Shown here piece after piece: positions 30,114 to 40,064 of a stretch of DNA of 64,000 bases. Below the pieces are notes generated by a model. That model was given only the letters and a program-made list of their open reading frames with translations, had not been told where the DNA came from and searched no databases. Source of the DNA: a virus. The translations under genes and the position numbers were made by a program. The DNA lies in the IMG/VR virus record IMGVR_UViG_3300033148_004210, positions 37,596-101,595 of that record; one strand, given 5' to 3'. How positions within the stretch are numbered: position 1 is the stretch's first letter; the number at the start of each line of letters is the position of its first letter.

Positions 30114-30868
30114 TTTTCTTCAACCTTTTTTAAAAATCTTTTAATATCTTCTAGTTTGGTTGCAAAAGAATAATTAGGAAACAATGTTTTTTCTATATAC
30201 ATAATCCCTATAGATATCCCTACAACTGCTGTATCTCCATTCACAACTGCCCCACCTGAACTTCCATTCATTGCAGGAGCATTAGATTGGAGATATTCTT
30301 CTTTTCTTCCTGTGCAAGAAAATCTTTTAGTGTAATTAGTTACAATACCTTCGTTAATAGTATACGCAAAACAGAAAGGATGTCCTATTGTATATATTTT
30401 AGTTCCTACATTAGGAGTATTTTCCCCTAATTTAAGGTAAGGGATATTTTCAAAAGGTTTTAATACCTTAATTAAAGCTAAATCTACTTTGGCATCTTGA
30501 TAGATATTTTTTCTGTCCACATCCTTAACAATTACAAATTCTCCTACTTCAAGACCTTTTCTAATTTTGATAACTATTTTACCCCTTCTATCTACAATAT
30601 GTCTAGCAGTTAAAATATAAAGATAGTTTTTTGTTCCTTTTATTATAATTCCAGCACCGCCAGGTTTCCCTACTTTGATTTGAACTGTAGTAAGTTTCAT
30701 TTTATCAAAGTCGGGTTTGTGCTCAATATTTTGAATTAACTCCGCAACATTATTTTTGAGCATTATTAAACCATTACTTATCGACTGAATCGAGGTTCTG
30801 GTATAACAAAATTGAAAAATAACTGCTATAACCAGCAATAAAATTATAATTCGTCTTACCCATTTCAT
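30110..30868 (-). CDS. Membrane-anchored trypsin-like serine protease
   Basis: N-terminal TM helix; LTARH, DLAL, GHP, GSSGG. Start at ATG 30868 with a GGGAG RBS. Confidence 0.85.
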   Translation of the reverse strand: MKWVRRIIILLLVIAVIFQFCYTRTSIQSISNGLIMLKNNVAELIQNIEHKPDFDKMKLTTVQIKVGKPGGAGIIIKGTKNYLYILTARHIVDRRGKIVIKIRKGLEVGEFVIVKDVDRKNIYQDAKVDLALIKVLKPFENIPYLKLGENTPNVGTKIYTIGHPFCFAYTINEGIVTNYTKRFSCTGRKEEYLQSNAPAMNGSSGGAVVNGDTAVVGISIGIMYIEKTLFPNYSFATKLEDIKRFLKKVEEK

Positions 30869-31051
30869 ATTAAACTCCCTGTTGTTAATCAAATTTTGGA
30901 TAGAAGAAGTCGCGTGGTTCAGTAACTGCTTTAACCTTTTTACAAACACCACATTTTCCTTTATGATATGTGGATATATCAAATGACTTCCCATTAGAAG
31001 CTTTTAATCCACACTCTCTACATACCCAATAAGGATATTTTTTCTTTGTCA

Positions 31052-31960
31052 TTATTTAACTCCTTTCAAAAATTCTCTTATAGTTTCTACATTTACAGCA
31101 ATAGTATAAGCCACAAATGATGGAGCTATGTTTTTTGACTTTTTCCATTTAAAATCAGTATATAATTTACTTATTACTCCTACAATTTTTCCTTTATACA
31201 GAACTGCTCCACCGCTACTTCCAAAATAACTTAAATTAGTTAAACAATATTCGACTTTTTCTTTTTGTGCTATAATCCCATCTGTAACAACATCATTCCA
31301 ACAACTCGGATTACCTACTACTAATACTTCACTACCTATTTTTGGATTTTCTTTTGAAATTTCCAAGTAGGATAAATGATTTACATTTTTAATTTCGAAT
31401 AAAGCCAAATCTATTTTTTTATTACTTTTTATGTAAAACATGGGATATTCATCGCCTATATCGTTAATAGCCACAAATTTATCATTTTCTTTTACTATAA
31501 GATGCCAACATGTTAATATATAGCTTTTACTATTTATTTTAATATGTGTGCCTGACCCTTGATAACCTTTTGTTTTATTTCTAAGAAGTAAATTTGCTTC
31601 AAGAATATTTTCTATATTTTCTACATCCAGTTTTTTAGTCAATAAAAAATCTCTTTTTAATTGGTTTTGTTTATCTTTTACTTTATTAATATTATTATTT
31701 ATATTGTTTATTATTTGTAATATATTTTTATCATTATTTTTTGTTGTTTCAGAAAGTAAAGTTAAAAAATCTACTATATCAATTAACTTATTGCCATAAC
31801 CGAATTTAAATATTTCGATATTACGATTTAGTTTAGTAATTAATCTATCATTTTCGTAAGTTAAATAGCTATTCCAAGCAATTAAAATTACACAAAGAAA
31901 TAATAAAAGTTTAATAACTATAAGTTTTTTATCAAATAATTTAAACATTTTTATCTCCAT
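31052..31960 (-). CDS. Membrane-anchored trypsin-like serine protease
   Basis: TM helix and coiled coil; GSGT, LTCWH, DLAL, GNP, GSSGG. Confidence 0.85.
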   Translation of the reverse strand: MEIKMFKLFDKKLIVIKLLLFLCVILIAWNSYLTYENDRLITKLNRNIEIFKFGYGNKLIDIVDFLTLLSETTKNNDKNILQIINNINNNINKVKDKQNQLKRDFLLTKKLDVENIENILEANLLLRNKTKGYQGSGTHIKINSKSYILTCWHLIVKENDKFVAINDIGDEYPMFYIKSNKKIDLALFEIKNVNHLSYLEISKENPKIGSEVLVVGNPSCWNDVVTDGIIAQKEKVEYCLTNLSYFGSSGGAVLYKGKIVGVISKLYTDFKWKKSKNIAPSFVAYTIAVNVETIREFLKGVK

Positions 31961-31961
31961 T

Positions 31962-32537
31962 TTATACTATTCTATCAACAATTCCTTTTTCTAAAGCTTC
32001 TTTAGCTGTAAGCCAAAGTTCACCATGTCTGGCGTGGTTTAATTCTTTTTCAGAAAGTTTGGTATGTTCTCTTAGAAATCCAAATATTTGGCTTTGGTAT
32101 CTTTTTAAGTGTTCAGTTCTATCTATTACTTTTGTAGTATAATCTCCCCAAACTCCACCAGCCATATCGTGAGACATCCATATAGCCGTTTTACTCATTA
32201 CTCTTCTATTGCCAGCTATAGAAATAAGTCCAGCCATTGAACAAGCCTCACCAGTAATAAAGGTTACAACTGGAGAACGAATTCCTCGCATAGCATCGAG
32301 AATAGCAAATCCATCGTTACAACTACCACCTGGAGAATTTATATAAAAAGCAATAGCAGTATGATTTATTTTATCTAAAGTTATTAATTGTGCAACTATT
32401 TTTTTTGCTGATTCGCTATTTATAGAATCAAACAAAAATATTTGTCTATTTCTTAAAAGAATTTGTTCAATATCGATTTTAGCTTTAATACGCTTTTTAA
32501 TAACCTTCTTCTTTTTTCTCTTTTTAGTTTTAGCCAT
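31962..32537 (-). CDS. clpP: ClpP protease
   Basis: R.IFL, YINSPGG, ACSMA (Ser), MSH (His), LTAKEALEKGIVD. Confidence 0.92.
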   Translation of the reverse strand: MAKTKKRKKKKVIKKRIKAKIDIEQILLRNRQIFLFDSINSESAKKIVAQLITLDKINHTAIAFYINSPGGSCNDGFAILDAMRGIRSPVVTFITGEACSMAGLISIAGNRRVMSKTAIWMSHDMAGGVWGDYTTKVIDRTEHLKRYQSQIFGFLREHTKLSEKELNHARHGELWLTAKEALEKGIVDRIV

Positions 32538-32554
32538 GATTATCCCCTTTATTA

Positions 32555-33064
32555 TTATCCTACCAATTTTACATATAATTTGTATAAACTTTCAGCTATT
32601 TCTTCAATATTATTAACATCCACTTGACCAGTTAGAGCAATTAAACTTCGTGAGGTCATGTGTCCAATAGCTTGTCTTTTAATACTTTGTTGCACTTCGG
32701 GAGATTTTGTATATGTTCCTGTTGACTTTTTTACAGGATTTTTCTTGTTACAATTGTAACACTTTTTATATTTATCATCTTTTAATTCTTTCCCACAATC
32801 TTCACAAGTGGGTTTAGAAATTTCTTTTGGAGTTTCTTCTTTTATTACAGTTCCACTACTTCCAGGTTTCATAATCTTGCTAACAAAATATTGACCATTC
32901 TTAACAGTATATTGAACATCAACTTCATCATCTTCTTTAAAATTCTTTTTAGCCCAATTATAAACTGCTTCTGAAGTTGTAGCCCATTTTTCTTTTTCAC
33001 CATTTTTAAATATTATCTTAGCTAAATATTTATCAGCTTTTTTGCAGACATGCTTAAATATCAT
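32555..33064 (-). CDS. Hypothetical protein, possible OB-fold/ssDNA-binding with Zn ribbon
   Basis: Beta-rich N-terminus, CEDC/CYNC, C-terminal Q.SI.RQ helix; located in the replication region. Confidence 0.4.
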   Translation of the reverse strand: MIFKHVCKKADKYLAKIIFKNGEKEKWATTSEAVYNWAKKNFKEDDEVDVQYTVKNGQYFVSKIMKPGSSGTVIKEETPKEISKPTCEDCGKELKDDKYKKCYNCNKKNPVKKSTGTYTKSPEVQQSIKRQAIGHMTSRSLIALTGQVDVNNIEEIAESLYKLYVKLVG

Positions 33065-33666
33065 TTACTTTTCCTCCTTATTTCTTTTCTTCTTTCTTTT
33101 TAGGCTTCGGTGGATTATAAATCCCGATAAAATTTTCTTTGCCATCAAATCTAAATTGATATTCCGACTGCTTTCTTAACTTCATCTTTTTAAAACTATG
33201 CTCTATAGCAGAACCAATAACTTGTTCTTGATTTTTTATTTTTTCTAACATTTGAACTTGTTGAGCTTCGGCATTTGCTATCTGTAAAGATAGTCTTAAA
33301 AAACCTTGTAACAGAGTATTCTTTTTATCTCTCTTTGTTTTAAGGTCTTTAGCTAAATTTTCTGGAATTTTTTCTGTAATAACTCGCTTCTTACCATTTA
33401 CCATTTGATTCTTAACTTCTTCTGGCATTTCTTTTCTGGTTTCCATTTACTTTGCCTCCTTTATTATTATTATTTTAATTATTAAACTTTAATATGTCGT
33501 ATAGTTTTAATCGTAACTACATTTTCATCGCCTTTATCAACTTCTTGACGAAATTTTACACCATCTTTTTGAATAATATAATCTTTGTTATCTTGTAACA
33601 ATCCATTAAGATATACTTCAGAAACTTTAATAGTTTCATTTTTCCTTCTTTTAATTTTAAACTTTT

Positions 33667-33828
33667 TCATTTTTTTACCTCTTTCTTCAATATCCGACAC
33701 ATTTTACAGCCACATTTAAAACATTTACCTTTAGCCATTCGTCTACCATTTTTTGCAACAACTACTCCTACTTCTAACATATCTCTTTTGTTTTTGCATC
33801 GAACGCAATATCCGATATACTTGTCCAT
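33667..33828 (-). CDS. DUF5679-like zinc-ribbon protein (53 aa; not in ORF track)
   Basis: GYCVRCKNKRDM...KNGRRMAKGKCFKCGCKMCRI. Confidence 0.75.
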   Translation of the reverse strand: MDKYIGYCVRCKNKRDMLEVGVVVAKNGRRMAKGKCFKCGCKMCRILKKEVKK

Positions 33829-33829
33829 T

Positions 33830-34672
33830 TTATTTCCTCCTCTTTACTTTCTTCCTTTTTTCTTTCTTTTCTTCATATTTTACAGCATCTTCGTATTTAA
33901 TAATTTTTCTGGTATCGTTATATAATCCTCCTAATTTCTCTCTTAAAGTTCGAAATGGCACTAAATCTAAATCCCCTTCTTTTTCTGTTAAATTCTTAAA
34001 GGCTTCTATAATTTGACTTTCGATAAATTCAGGTAATTCAAGTAAATTAACAATCACTTTTCTATTTTCATAATCTTTAGCATTTAAAATAGGACTAACT
34101 AAATTATCAGTAGTTTCTTTTTCTATTTTTTTAGAAAGAAGTTTATATGCGTTAAAATTTTCAGGTTTTACTTTATAATTTCCATTTACTCCTTTATACT
34201 TTTTTAAAATAGAAAATATTTTTACATTATCATAATTCCAAAGCATTTCCCAATCGCTATCATAAGATACCAATACTATTTCTTTATCAGGATAATATCT
34301 ACAACTTGCACTCGCTATATCATCAGCTTCAATTTTATCTATTTTAATAACTTGCCAATTTGTTCCTGCGTTTAAAACATTTAATAAAGTATCAAACTCA
34401 TCGAACATTTCTTTCCAATTTATATCTTCAAAACTTTCCCTAAATGCTTTCCGATTGGCTTTATATTGGGTTTCATAATCACTCCTCCAATTTCCTTTCC
34501 CGTCACAAGCCAAAATTATTTCATCAAAAGGGTCGACACCTATCTTACGGAGAGCCGATAAGAGCATATTTAAGCATGTATATGTTGCTGGAATTTGTTT
34601 AGTTTTTCTCCAAGCAAATATGCTTCTAAATACAAAAATCGACCAATCTAATATTATTAATTTATTCATCAA
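33830..34672 (-). CDS. 5'-3' exonuclease / T4 RNase H-like (FEN/PIN fold)
   Basis: ILD, ACD...NWR......YKANR, EADDI, VS.DSD. Confidence 0.88.
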   Translation of the reverse strand: MMNKLIILDWSIFVFRSIFAWRKTKQIPATYTCLNMLLSALRKIGVDPFDEIILACDGKGNWRSDYETQYKANRKAFRESFEDINWKEMFDEFDTLLNVLNAGTNWQVIKIDKIEADDIASASCRYYPDKEIVLVSYDSDWEMLWNYDNVKIFSILKKYKGVNGNYKVKPENFNAYKLLSKKIEKETTDNLVSPILNAKDYENRKVIVNLLELPEFIESQIIEAFKNLTEKEGDLDLVPFRTLREKLGGLYNDTRKIIKYEDAVKYEEKKEKRKKVKRRK

Positions 34673-34942
34673 AAATACAATCCTTTATTTTCCTCTTAAT
34701 AACATCACCATTACCTAACTTCACCAATACTGTTTTATCATTCTTTTTTATAAGTTCTACTTTTTCTGTTATAGTTTTAGTTTTATCTGTTTCTTTATTA
34801 AATATTCGTCTTTTTATTTTCATATAATTCCTTTCTTATTAGTTAATTAAAATATGAAGAATAAGAGCAAAATATCCCAATACTGCAACAACAATACTAA
34901 CTTGAGTAATTGCCTTTGTTAAATTCTCGCCTATTTCTATTT

Positions 34943-35107
34943 TCATTTTCTTCTCTTTCTTTTACTTGCATTATTTCTTTCACGTTTGATTTGTGAAGGC
35001 TTTTTATAATATCTTCTATCTCTATATTCTCTAAGCATAGATATAGTTTTCTTTTTTAAAATGCGTAAGGCTTTTTCTATATTATTTCCATTGACTATAA
35101 TTTTCAT
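34943..35107 (-). CDS. rpsU: Ribosomal protein bS21 (54 aa; not in ORF track)
   Basis: MKIIVNGNNIEKALRILKKKTISMLREYRDRRYYKKPSQIKRERNNASKRKRRK, with IEKALR.LKKK and R..Y.KPS..KR. Confidence 0.9.
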   Translation of the reverse strand: MKIIVNGNNIEKALRILKKKTISMLREYRDRRYYKKPSQIKRERNNASKRKRRK

Positions 35108-35466
35108 TGTTTATTTTCCTTTACTCTATCATTTAATATTTTATGATAATATGCCATAATATTAAATAAAATACCTCCAATAGCATCATCTATTCCTTCT
35201 CTACTTTTATATCCTCTATGTTCTTTCCATAAATCCAAAAAATGTCTCCATAAACTTTTCATACAAACAGAAAGATGATTATCTCCAAATCCTTTCTGCC
35301 AATTATCTGACGCTCTTAATTTCCCATCAGCTTGTATTCTATTTTTGTGCATATATTTAGAGTAGGCTTCTAAAACTATTGGACTAAGAAATCCCTCGAA
35401 ATCCAATTTGTTTTTATTATCATTTCGTGTCGCACCAGATTTGAATTCTCTCATTACTTTCCCCAT
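35104..35466 (-). CDS. DUF5664-like dATP/dGTP diphosphohydrolase domain protein
   Basis: REF.SGATR....K.D..G...P, DNWQKG, SL.RH, D....ILFN. Confidence 0.75.
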   Translation of the reverse strand: MGKVMREFKSGATRNDNKNKLDFEGFLSPIVLEAYSKYMHKNRIQADGKLRASDNWQKGFGDNHLSVCMKSLWRHFLDLWKEHRGYKSREGIDDAIGGILFNIMAYYHKILNDRVKENKQ

Positions 35467-35770
35467 CCTTTTTTCTTAGGTTCTTGATTATATAAATTTT
35501 CTAAACTTTTTAAAATTTTAGCTCTTTCTATTTTTTTCATATTAAATAAATGATATAATATTTTTTTACAAGTTGCACAAATTTCAAAAACAAGAATTCC
35601 ACTGCGTTCTTCTTCCATCCATTTTACCAAATAGTCTTGCATTTCTTGTTTTCTTCTTTTAGATGTAAGACGACTGGAAGTTCCAGTAACTTCAGAAATC
35701 CCTAATAAAAATTCCGTATCGGTTTTTTTAATAATAGATTTACAAATATCGCATAAGGTTAAATTCGCCA

Positions 35771-36427
35771 TTATTTTTCTTTCTTTTTTTCTGGTTCTAT
35801 AATTTTAACATTATGTTTTTCAATTATATATTTAACACAATCATTAATATTGTAAAAAGTTATTAATTCTCCATTGTTAGAAATTTGGTCTCCAAATAAT
35901 AAAGTGGTGTTAGCTTCTGTTTTTGGCGAATCTGGAAGAATCAAATAAATAGGAATTCTAAATAACATCGCAAAAACTTGTTCCCAAATTGTTCCTACAG
36001 TTTTAGTATCTTTTGGCATATAAATAATAATAAAATCACTTCTAACCACTGCTTCTGCATCTCCCCAATACGATAAATCTTCTGGTCTATTACCGTCTAT
36101 ATGTTTTCTCATTCTAAGATTTTCTAATAAAGGCATTATATCTGTATTTTCTGATATTTGTCCAAACCAAATTTTCCACATCTCTCTATAAACCAAATCA
36201 AATCTCCCTGCTTTTTTTAATCCTTTTATATATTCTACTTGTTCGCCAGAAGGTTTTCCAACTTTAGAACTTTCTTGTTTTATAGGGTCGTAAATTAACA
36301 AGTCAGAACTTTTGAGTTTTGTTGTAATTTCTTCTCTCCAAGAAGTCATTTCCTTCTTTGAAGCGTGTTCTATCGCCCCCGCTAAATAACTTGTCAATCT
36401 AATACGTTCATTAGGTTTGTATATCAT
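35771..36427 (-). CDS. Nucleoside 2-deoxyribosyltransferase-like protein
   Basis: YLAGAIE.......WR, YDP, D...V..SD.I, TVGT.WE...A. Confidence 0.7.
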   Translation of the reverse strand: MIYKPNERIRLTSYLAGAIEHASKKEMTSWREEITTKLKSSDLLIYDPIKQESSKVGKPSGEQVEYIKGLKKAGRFDLVYREMWKIWFGQISENTDIMPLLENLRMRKHIDGNRPEDLSYWGDAEAVVRSDFIIIYMPKDTKTVGTIWEQVFAMLFRIPIYLILPDSPKTEANTTLLFGDQISNNGELITFYNINDCVKYIIEKHNVKIIEPEKKKEK

Positions 36428-36430
36428 AAC

Positions 36431-36808
36431 TTACTCCACATCCGAATTTTGGATGATTTTAGTATCCTCATATTTTGCAATTTCATCATCATAAGTATTC
36501 ATAATTTTTACTAAAATTTTACCACTATATTCTAATCTACGTTCTATTTCTTTTTTACATCTAATTAATGCTCCTGTCATATCATTATATTTTTGATAAT
36601 TAGGTTTCCATCCTAAAAATTTATCAACATATTTTTTAATTTGATTATAATAATCTTTATGGTTGAAATTAATATTTAGGATATATGGTTTAAAATAATT
36701 ATGTTTCACAAAATGAAATATTTGATAATTTAATTCCCCTGCATTTAAAGCTGGTTCACCTTTTCTTAATGCTTTTCTTCTTCCGTCATTTGCTTTTATA
36801 TATGGAAT
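36431..36808 (-). CDS. DUF6899-like phage protein, probably starting at ATT
   Basis: (I/M)PYIK...R...NAGELNY...Y..YND..GAL..C..E..RR...YED.KI..N.DV. The frame extends 33 codons upstream of the GTG in the ORF track. Confidence 0.65.
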   Translation of the reverse strand: MPYIKANDGRRKALRKGEPALNAGELNYQIFHFVKHNYFKPYILNINFNHKDYYNQIKKYVDKFLGWKPNYQKYNDMTGALIRCKKEIERRLEYSGKILVKIMNTYDDEIAKYEDTKIIQNSDVE

Positions 36809-37615
36809 GACTACTGCCCTCTCTTTCTTCTGTATGGATTGTAAGGATATAGAGTATGTTCTAACTGTGCATATTTTTTAATCATTTTATGCAAGGCTTG
36901 AGTTAATTCCTTTTTTTTAGTAACTAAAAATGGAACAAATTAGCATGATATTTGCGTTGTTTCATGAAATATTTAAAAGCCTTTAATTTTTTCTTTGTTA
37001 ATGACATAAATTATTTTTCTTCCTTTTCAGATAATTCATCTAAATCACTATGTAATCTATCAAGTTCATCTGTAATAAGTGAAATTAGTAAGTTTCTTTT
37101 TTCTGTGGATTTTTCTGTTGCAACTAAACTCAATACCTTACTCGCTCGTTTTAAATCATGTTGAAGTTTATCTAATTCGAGTTTATTTAACATTGCAAAG
37201 TTTCTCCTTTATAAAATTAATAAAGGTATATATTTTAAAACTTACAACAATTATTCCCGTTATTATATAGCAAATTATATTATTCATTTTTTTCCTATTA
37301 CTTTTTTTAATAAATTATTTATTCCCATAACTACAAACATCACCAATACCATTAAAAGAAAAAGAATAGTAGCTGGAATATATATTAACCCTCGTAATAT
37401 TCTTTCTAATTTGGTTTTACCTTTTCTTTCTAAAATATGTTCCTGTTTTTTATAAACTACTTTGTTAATTACATATATTATTCCGTCAAAAACTTTCATA
37501 AAGATATTTTCTAAAATGTTCATTGTATTATACCATATTTTTGTAAAGTGGATGAATTCTTTTATCGCAATCCATACAATAATATTTTAAACTCATTTTA
37601 TTTTTATGTTTCATA

Positions 37616-38263
37616 TTAAAATTTTATTCTCCCATAAAGAAGAATTCTGGTATCAAAATCTTTATATCCCTTACCAAGTGCTATCCCTGCCGAAGTATTA
37701 TCGGTTATTCTATAACTTGTGCCGACATATGCTCCTACTTGTGTTAAAAATGCTTCCAATGACATTTTCCAATATTCTAAAAACGATACTCCTATTCCTA
37801 CTTCTGCCTGTGAAGTGCCTTTATCACTTACTCCATATCCAGCAACTATAATGGGACTTAGTTTTAATTTAATTGGGGCAAGTTTTGATTTAAGTAAAGG
37901 AATATCTTTTACAAGTATTTGTTTTATTTTCTCCTTTGTTTTAAAATCTTCTATCCAAACCTCGCCATTTTTATATATATGTAATTGTTCGCCATTTAAT
38001 TTTATCACAGCTTCTTCATATCTTCCAATATCGAATTCGACAGGTCTACCCGATTGTCCTTTTACATATCCATAAACAAAAAACCCTGCTACGATTAGCA
38101 AGGCTATTATTATTTTTCTGATATTAAAAAGTGAAGAAAGGTCTTTTAACCATAATACAGGATTAAGAAAATTAAACATACCTGATACAAATTTCTTACC
38201 AGATACTTTTTCCTGATATGGATATTGCTTACCAACTGAACAGTTCAAATCTTTATTCTTCAT
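37616..38263 (-). CDS. Membrane protein of unknown function
   Basis: TM helix IIIALLIVAGFFVYGYV; C-terminal amphipathic beta-strands ending in F. Confidence 0.55.
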   Translation of the reverse strand: MKNKDLNCSVGKQYPYQEKVSGKKFVSGMFNFLNPVLWLKDLSSLFNIRKIIIALLIVAGFFVYGYVKGQSGRPVEFDIGRYEEAVIKLNGEQLHIYKNGEVWIEDFKTKEKIKQILVKDIPLLKSKLAPIKLKLSPIIVAGYGVSDKGTSQAEVGIGVSFLEYWKMSLEAFLTQVGAYVGTSYRITDNTSAGIALGKGYKDFDTRILLYGRIKF

Positions 38264-38547
38264 ATGCTCCTCGTTTTTTTAAAAACGGTTCAACGCTTAT
38301 TTACTCGGTGCTTTAATTTTGAATTTTGATATAAAACTTTTTTCGTTTGAATAATTATCGCAAAAATATTTCTTTTTAGGTCTTCGTTCTTCTGGTAAAG
38401 ACATATCGTATTTCTTTTGTGCTACTGAATTTTTAAAAAGTTTTCGATAAGTGTTTTTAATTTTTTTTGCTTTATTATGATAAGTATCTGATGAACGTCC
38501 TTTTGGTAAACTATTTCTATTCATATTACACCCCTTGTCCTATTACA

Positions 38548-38577
38548 ATTATACCATATCATATAGCAGTCTGTCAA
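38548..38577 (-). promoter_or_regulatory. Promoter TTGACA-N18-TATAAT with extended -10
   Basis: TTGACAgactgctatatgatatggTATAAT; AAAGTTAG upstream. Confidence 0.8.
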
Positions 38578-38610
38578 GGTTATAGAGCTAACTTTTGTTT
38601 TCTTAACACC

Positions 38611-38943
38611 CTATCTACAATCCCCATTTCCTCTAATCTTATTTTGTTTCTTTCTGGAAGCAAGTTTAGTAATATTTTCTTTTACAATATCATCTAAATC
38701 GAATTCAAGTTGAGAAGCCAATACTGCAACATACCAAAGCACATCACCAAGCTCACCTTTAATCCTCATTCTCAAAGCGGTAATGTAAGAATAGTCTCCG
38801 CGTAAATATTTTTTGACTTTTTCAGCAATTTCTCCTGCTTCGCCAGATAAACCCAATGCCAATCGAGCAATAAGTAATTCTTTTGTATTGTGATTATTTA
38901 CCAGAGTTGTTTTTGCTTTCTTTTGATATTCGTTAAAATCCAT
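38611..38943 (-). CDS. MazG-like nucleotide pyrophosphohydrolase
   Basis: FNEYQ, LGLSGEAGEIAEKVKK..R, ELGDVLWY, NI.KL..R......G.GD.R. Confidence 0.9.
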   Translation of the reverse strand: MDFNEYQKKAKTTLVNNHNTKELLIARLALGLSGEAGEIAEKVKKYLRGDYSYITALRMRIKGELGDVLWYVAVLASQLEFDLDDIVKENITKLASRKKQNKIRGNGDCR

Positions 38944-39512
38944 ATCAACCCCCTTTTTGGTTACTTTCTTATCATTCCTTTCATATTTTACAGCAAGAGT
39001 GTCTTGCTCTATGACTATAGCTTTAGCTATAGGAATAAAAGAAGAAGGTATTCTAATTATTCAAATATGATTATGATATATATACTATATATTGTATCTT
39101 ATTATATAGAGTATTCAATTTTTTCGGGTTTTATCTCTTAACAACTGCCATAAATCAATCCACAAATCAATTTTATCTTCTTCTTTTGCTTTAGGAACAA
39201 TTCCCAAATCTTTAAATTTATCTCTTTCTATCTTGAAATTTGGAAAATTATCTCCATGATAAAATGTTTTATTACCACAATCTTTAACTTCTCTTTCTTC
39301 AAAATCCCTGCCACAATTAAAACACGTTCGCGATTTTTTTAATTGTCCATTATAATTTTGTGTATAATTATTTTCGTGTGTTGCTTTACTCCCACAATAA
39401 GGACATTTCATTTTATAGTTCCTCTCTTATTTTTATAATTACAAAATTATCATCTTCATCAATTTTTTCTACACAAAATCTATTACATATAAGAAATACC
39501 CTATCAGTAGAT

Positions 39513-39644
39513 TTATTCATAGAAATAAGGAAATAACTTTTCTTTAATTTTTTTTAGAATTTTTTTGATTTTATTAGTATGATTAAGTATTGTTAAAGTC
39601 GAGCTTCCATTAACTAATAAATATTCTCTATATTTTTTTATCAT
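39513..39644 (-). repeat. Diverged duplicate of the recombinase 5' end, forming a 43-aa mini-ORF
   Basis: MIKKYREYLLVNGSSTLTILNHTNKIKKILKKIK versus recombinase MEKYKNYLLVNGSSALTILNHTNKIEKVLKKIK (40761..40859). Confidence 0.85.
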
Positions 39645-40064
39645 TATTATTTTTCCTTTTCTTATAGCATAACCAACAAATTTTTCTTTTATCTTTATAT
39701 TCAAAATGTCCTTTATCTGTTAAAACATAAGGAATATGTCCATATTCTTTTATTGTAACTTCGCAATTAACAAATCTTCCAAAATACCATTTATGGCACA
39801 TATTACAAAATATCTTGTTTTCAAAAAACAATGTAGCTTGCCCTGCCATACAACTATGATAATGAATAAAATCAAATATAACAAATCCTATTAAGATAAA
39901 AGGAATAGTTATTATCCAATACCATAATTGTTTTTCATATAAATATAAACACAAACCAAGTGGTATTAGCCAACTTCCAAATCCAATTGTTATATCAGTT
40001 ATAAATAAAATAATTTGACCGATTTTCGTTCCAGATAAAAAATTCAAAACTTTTTCTAACTTTT

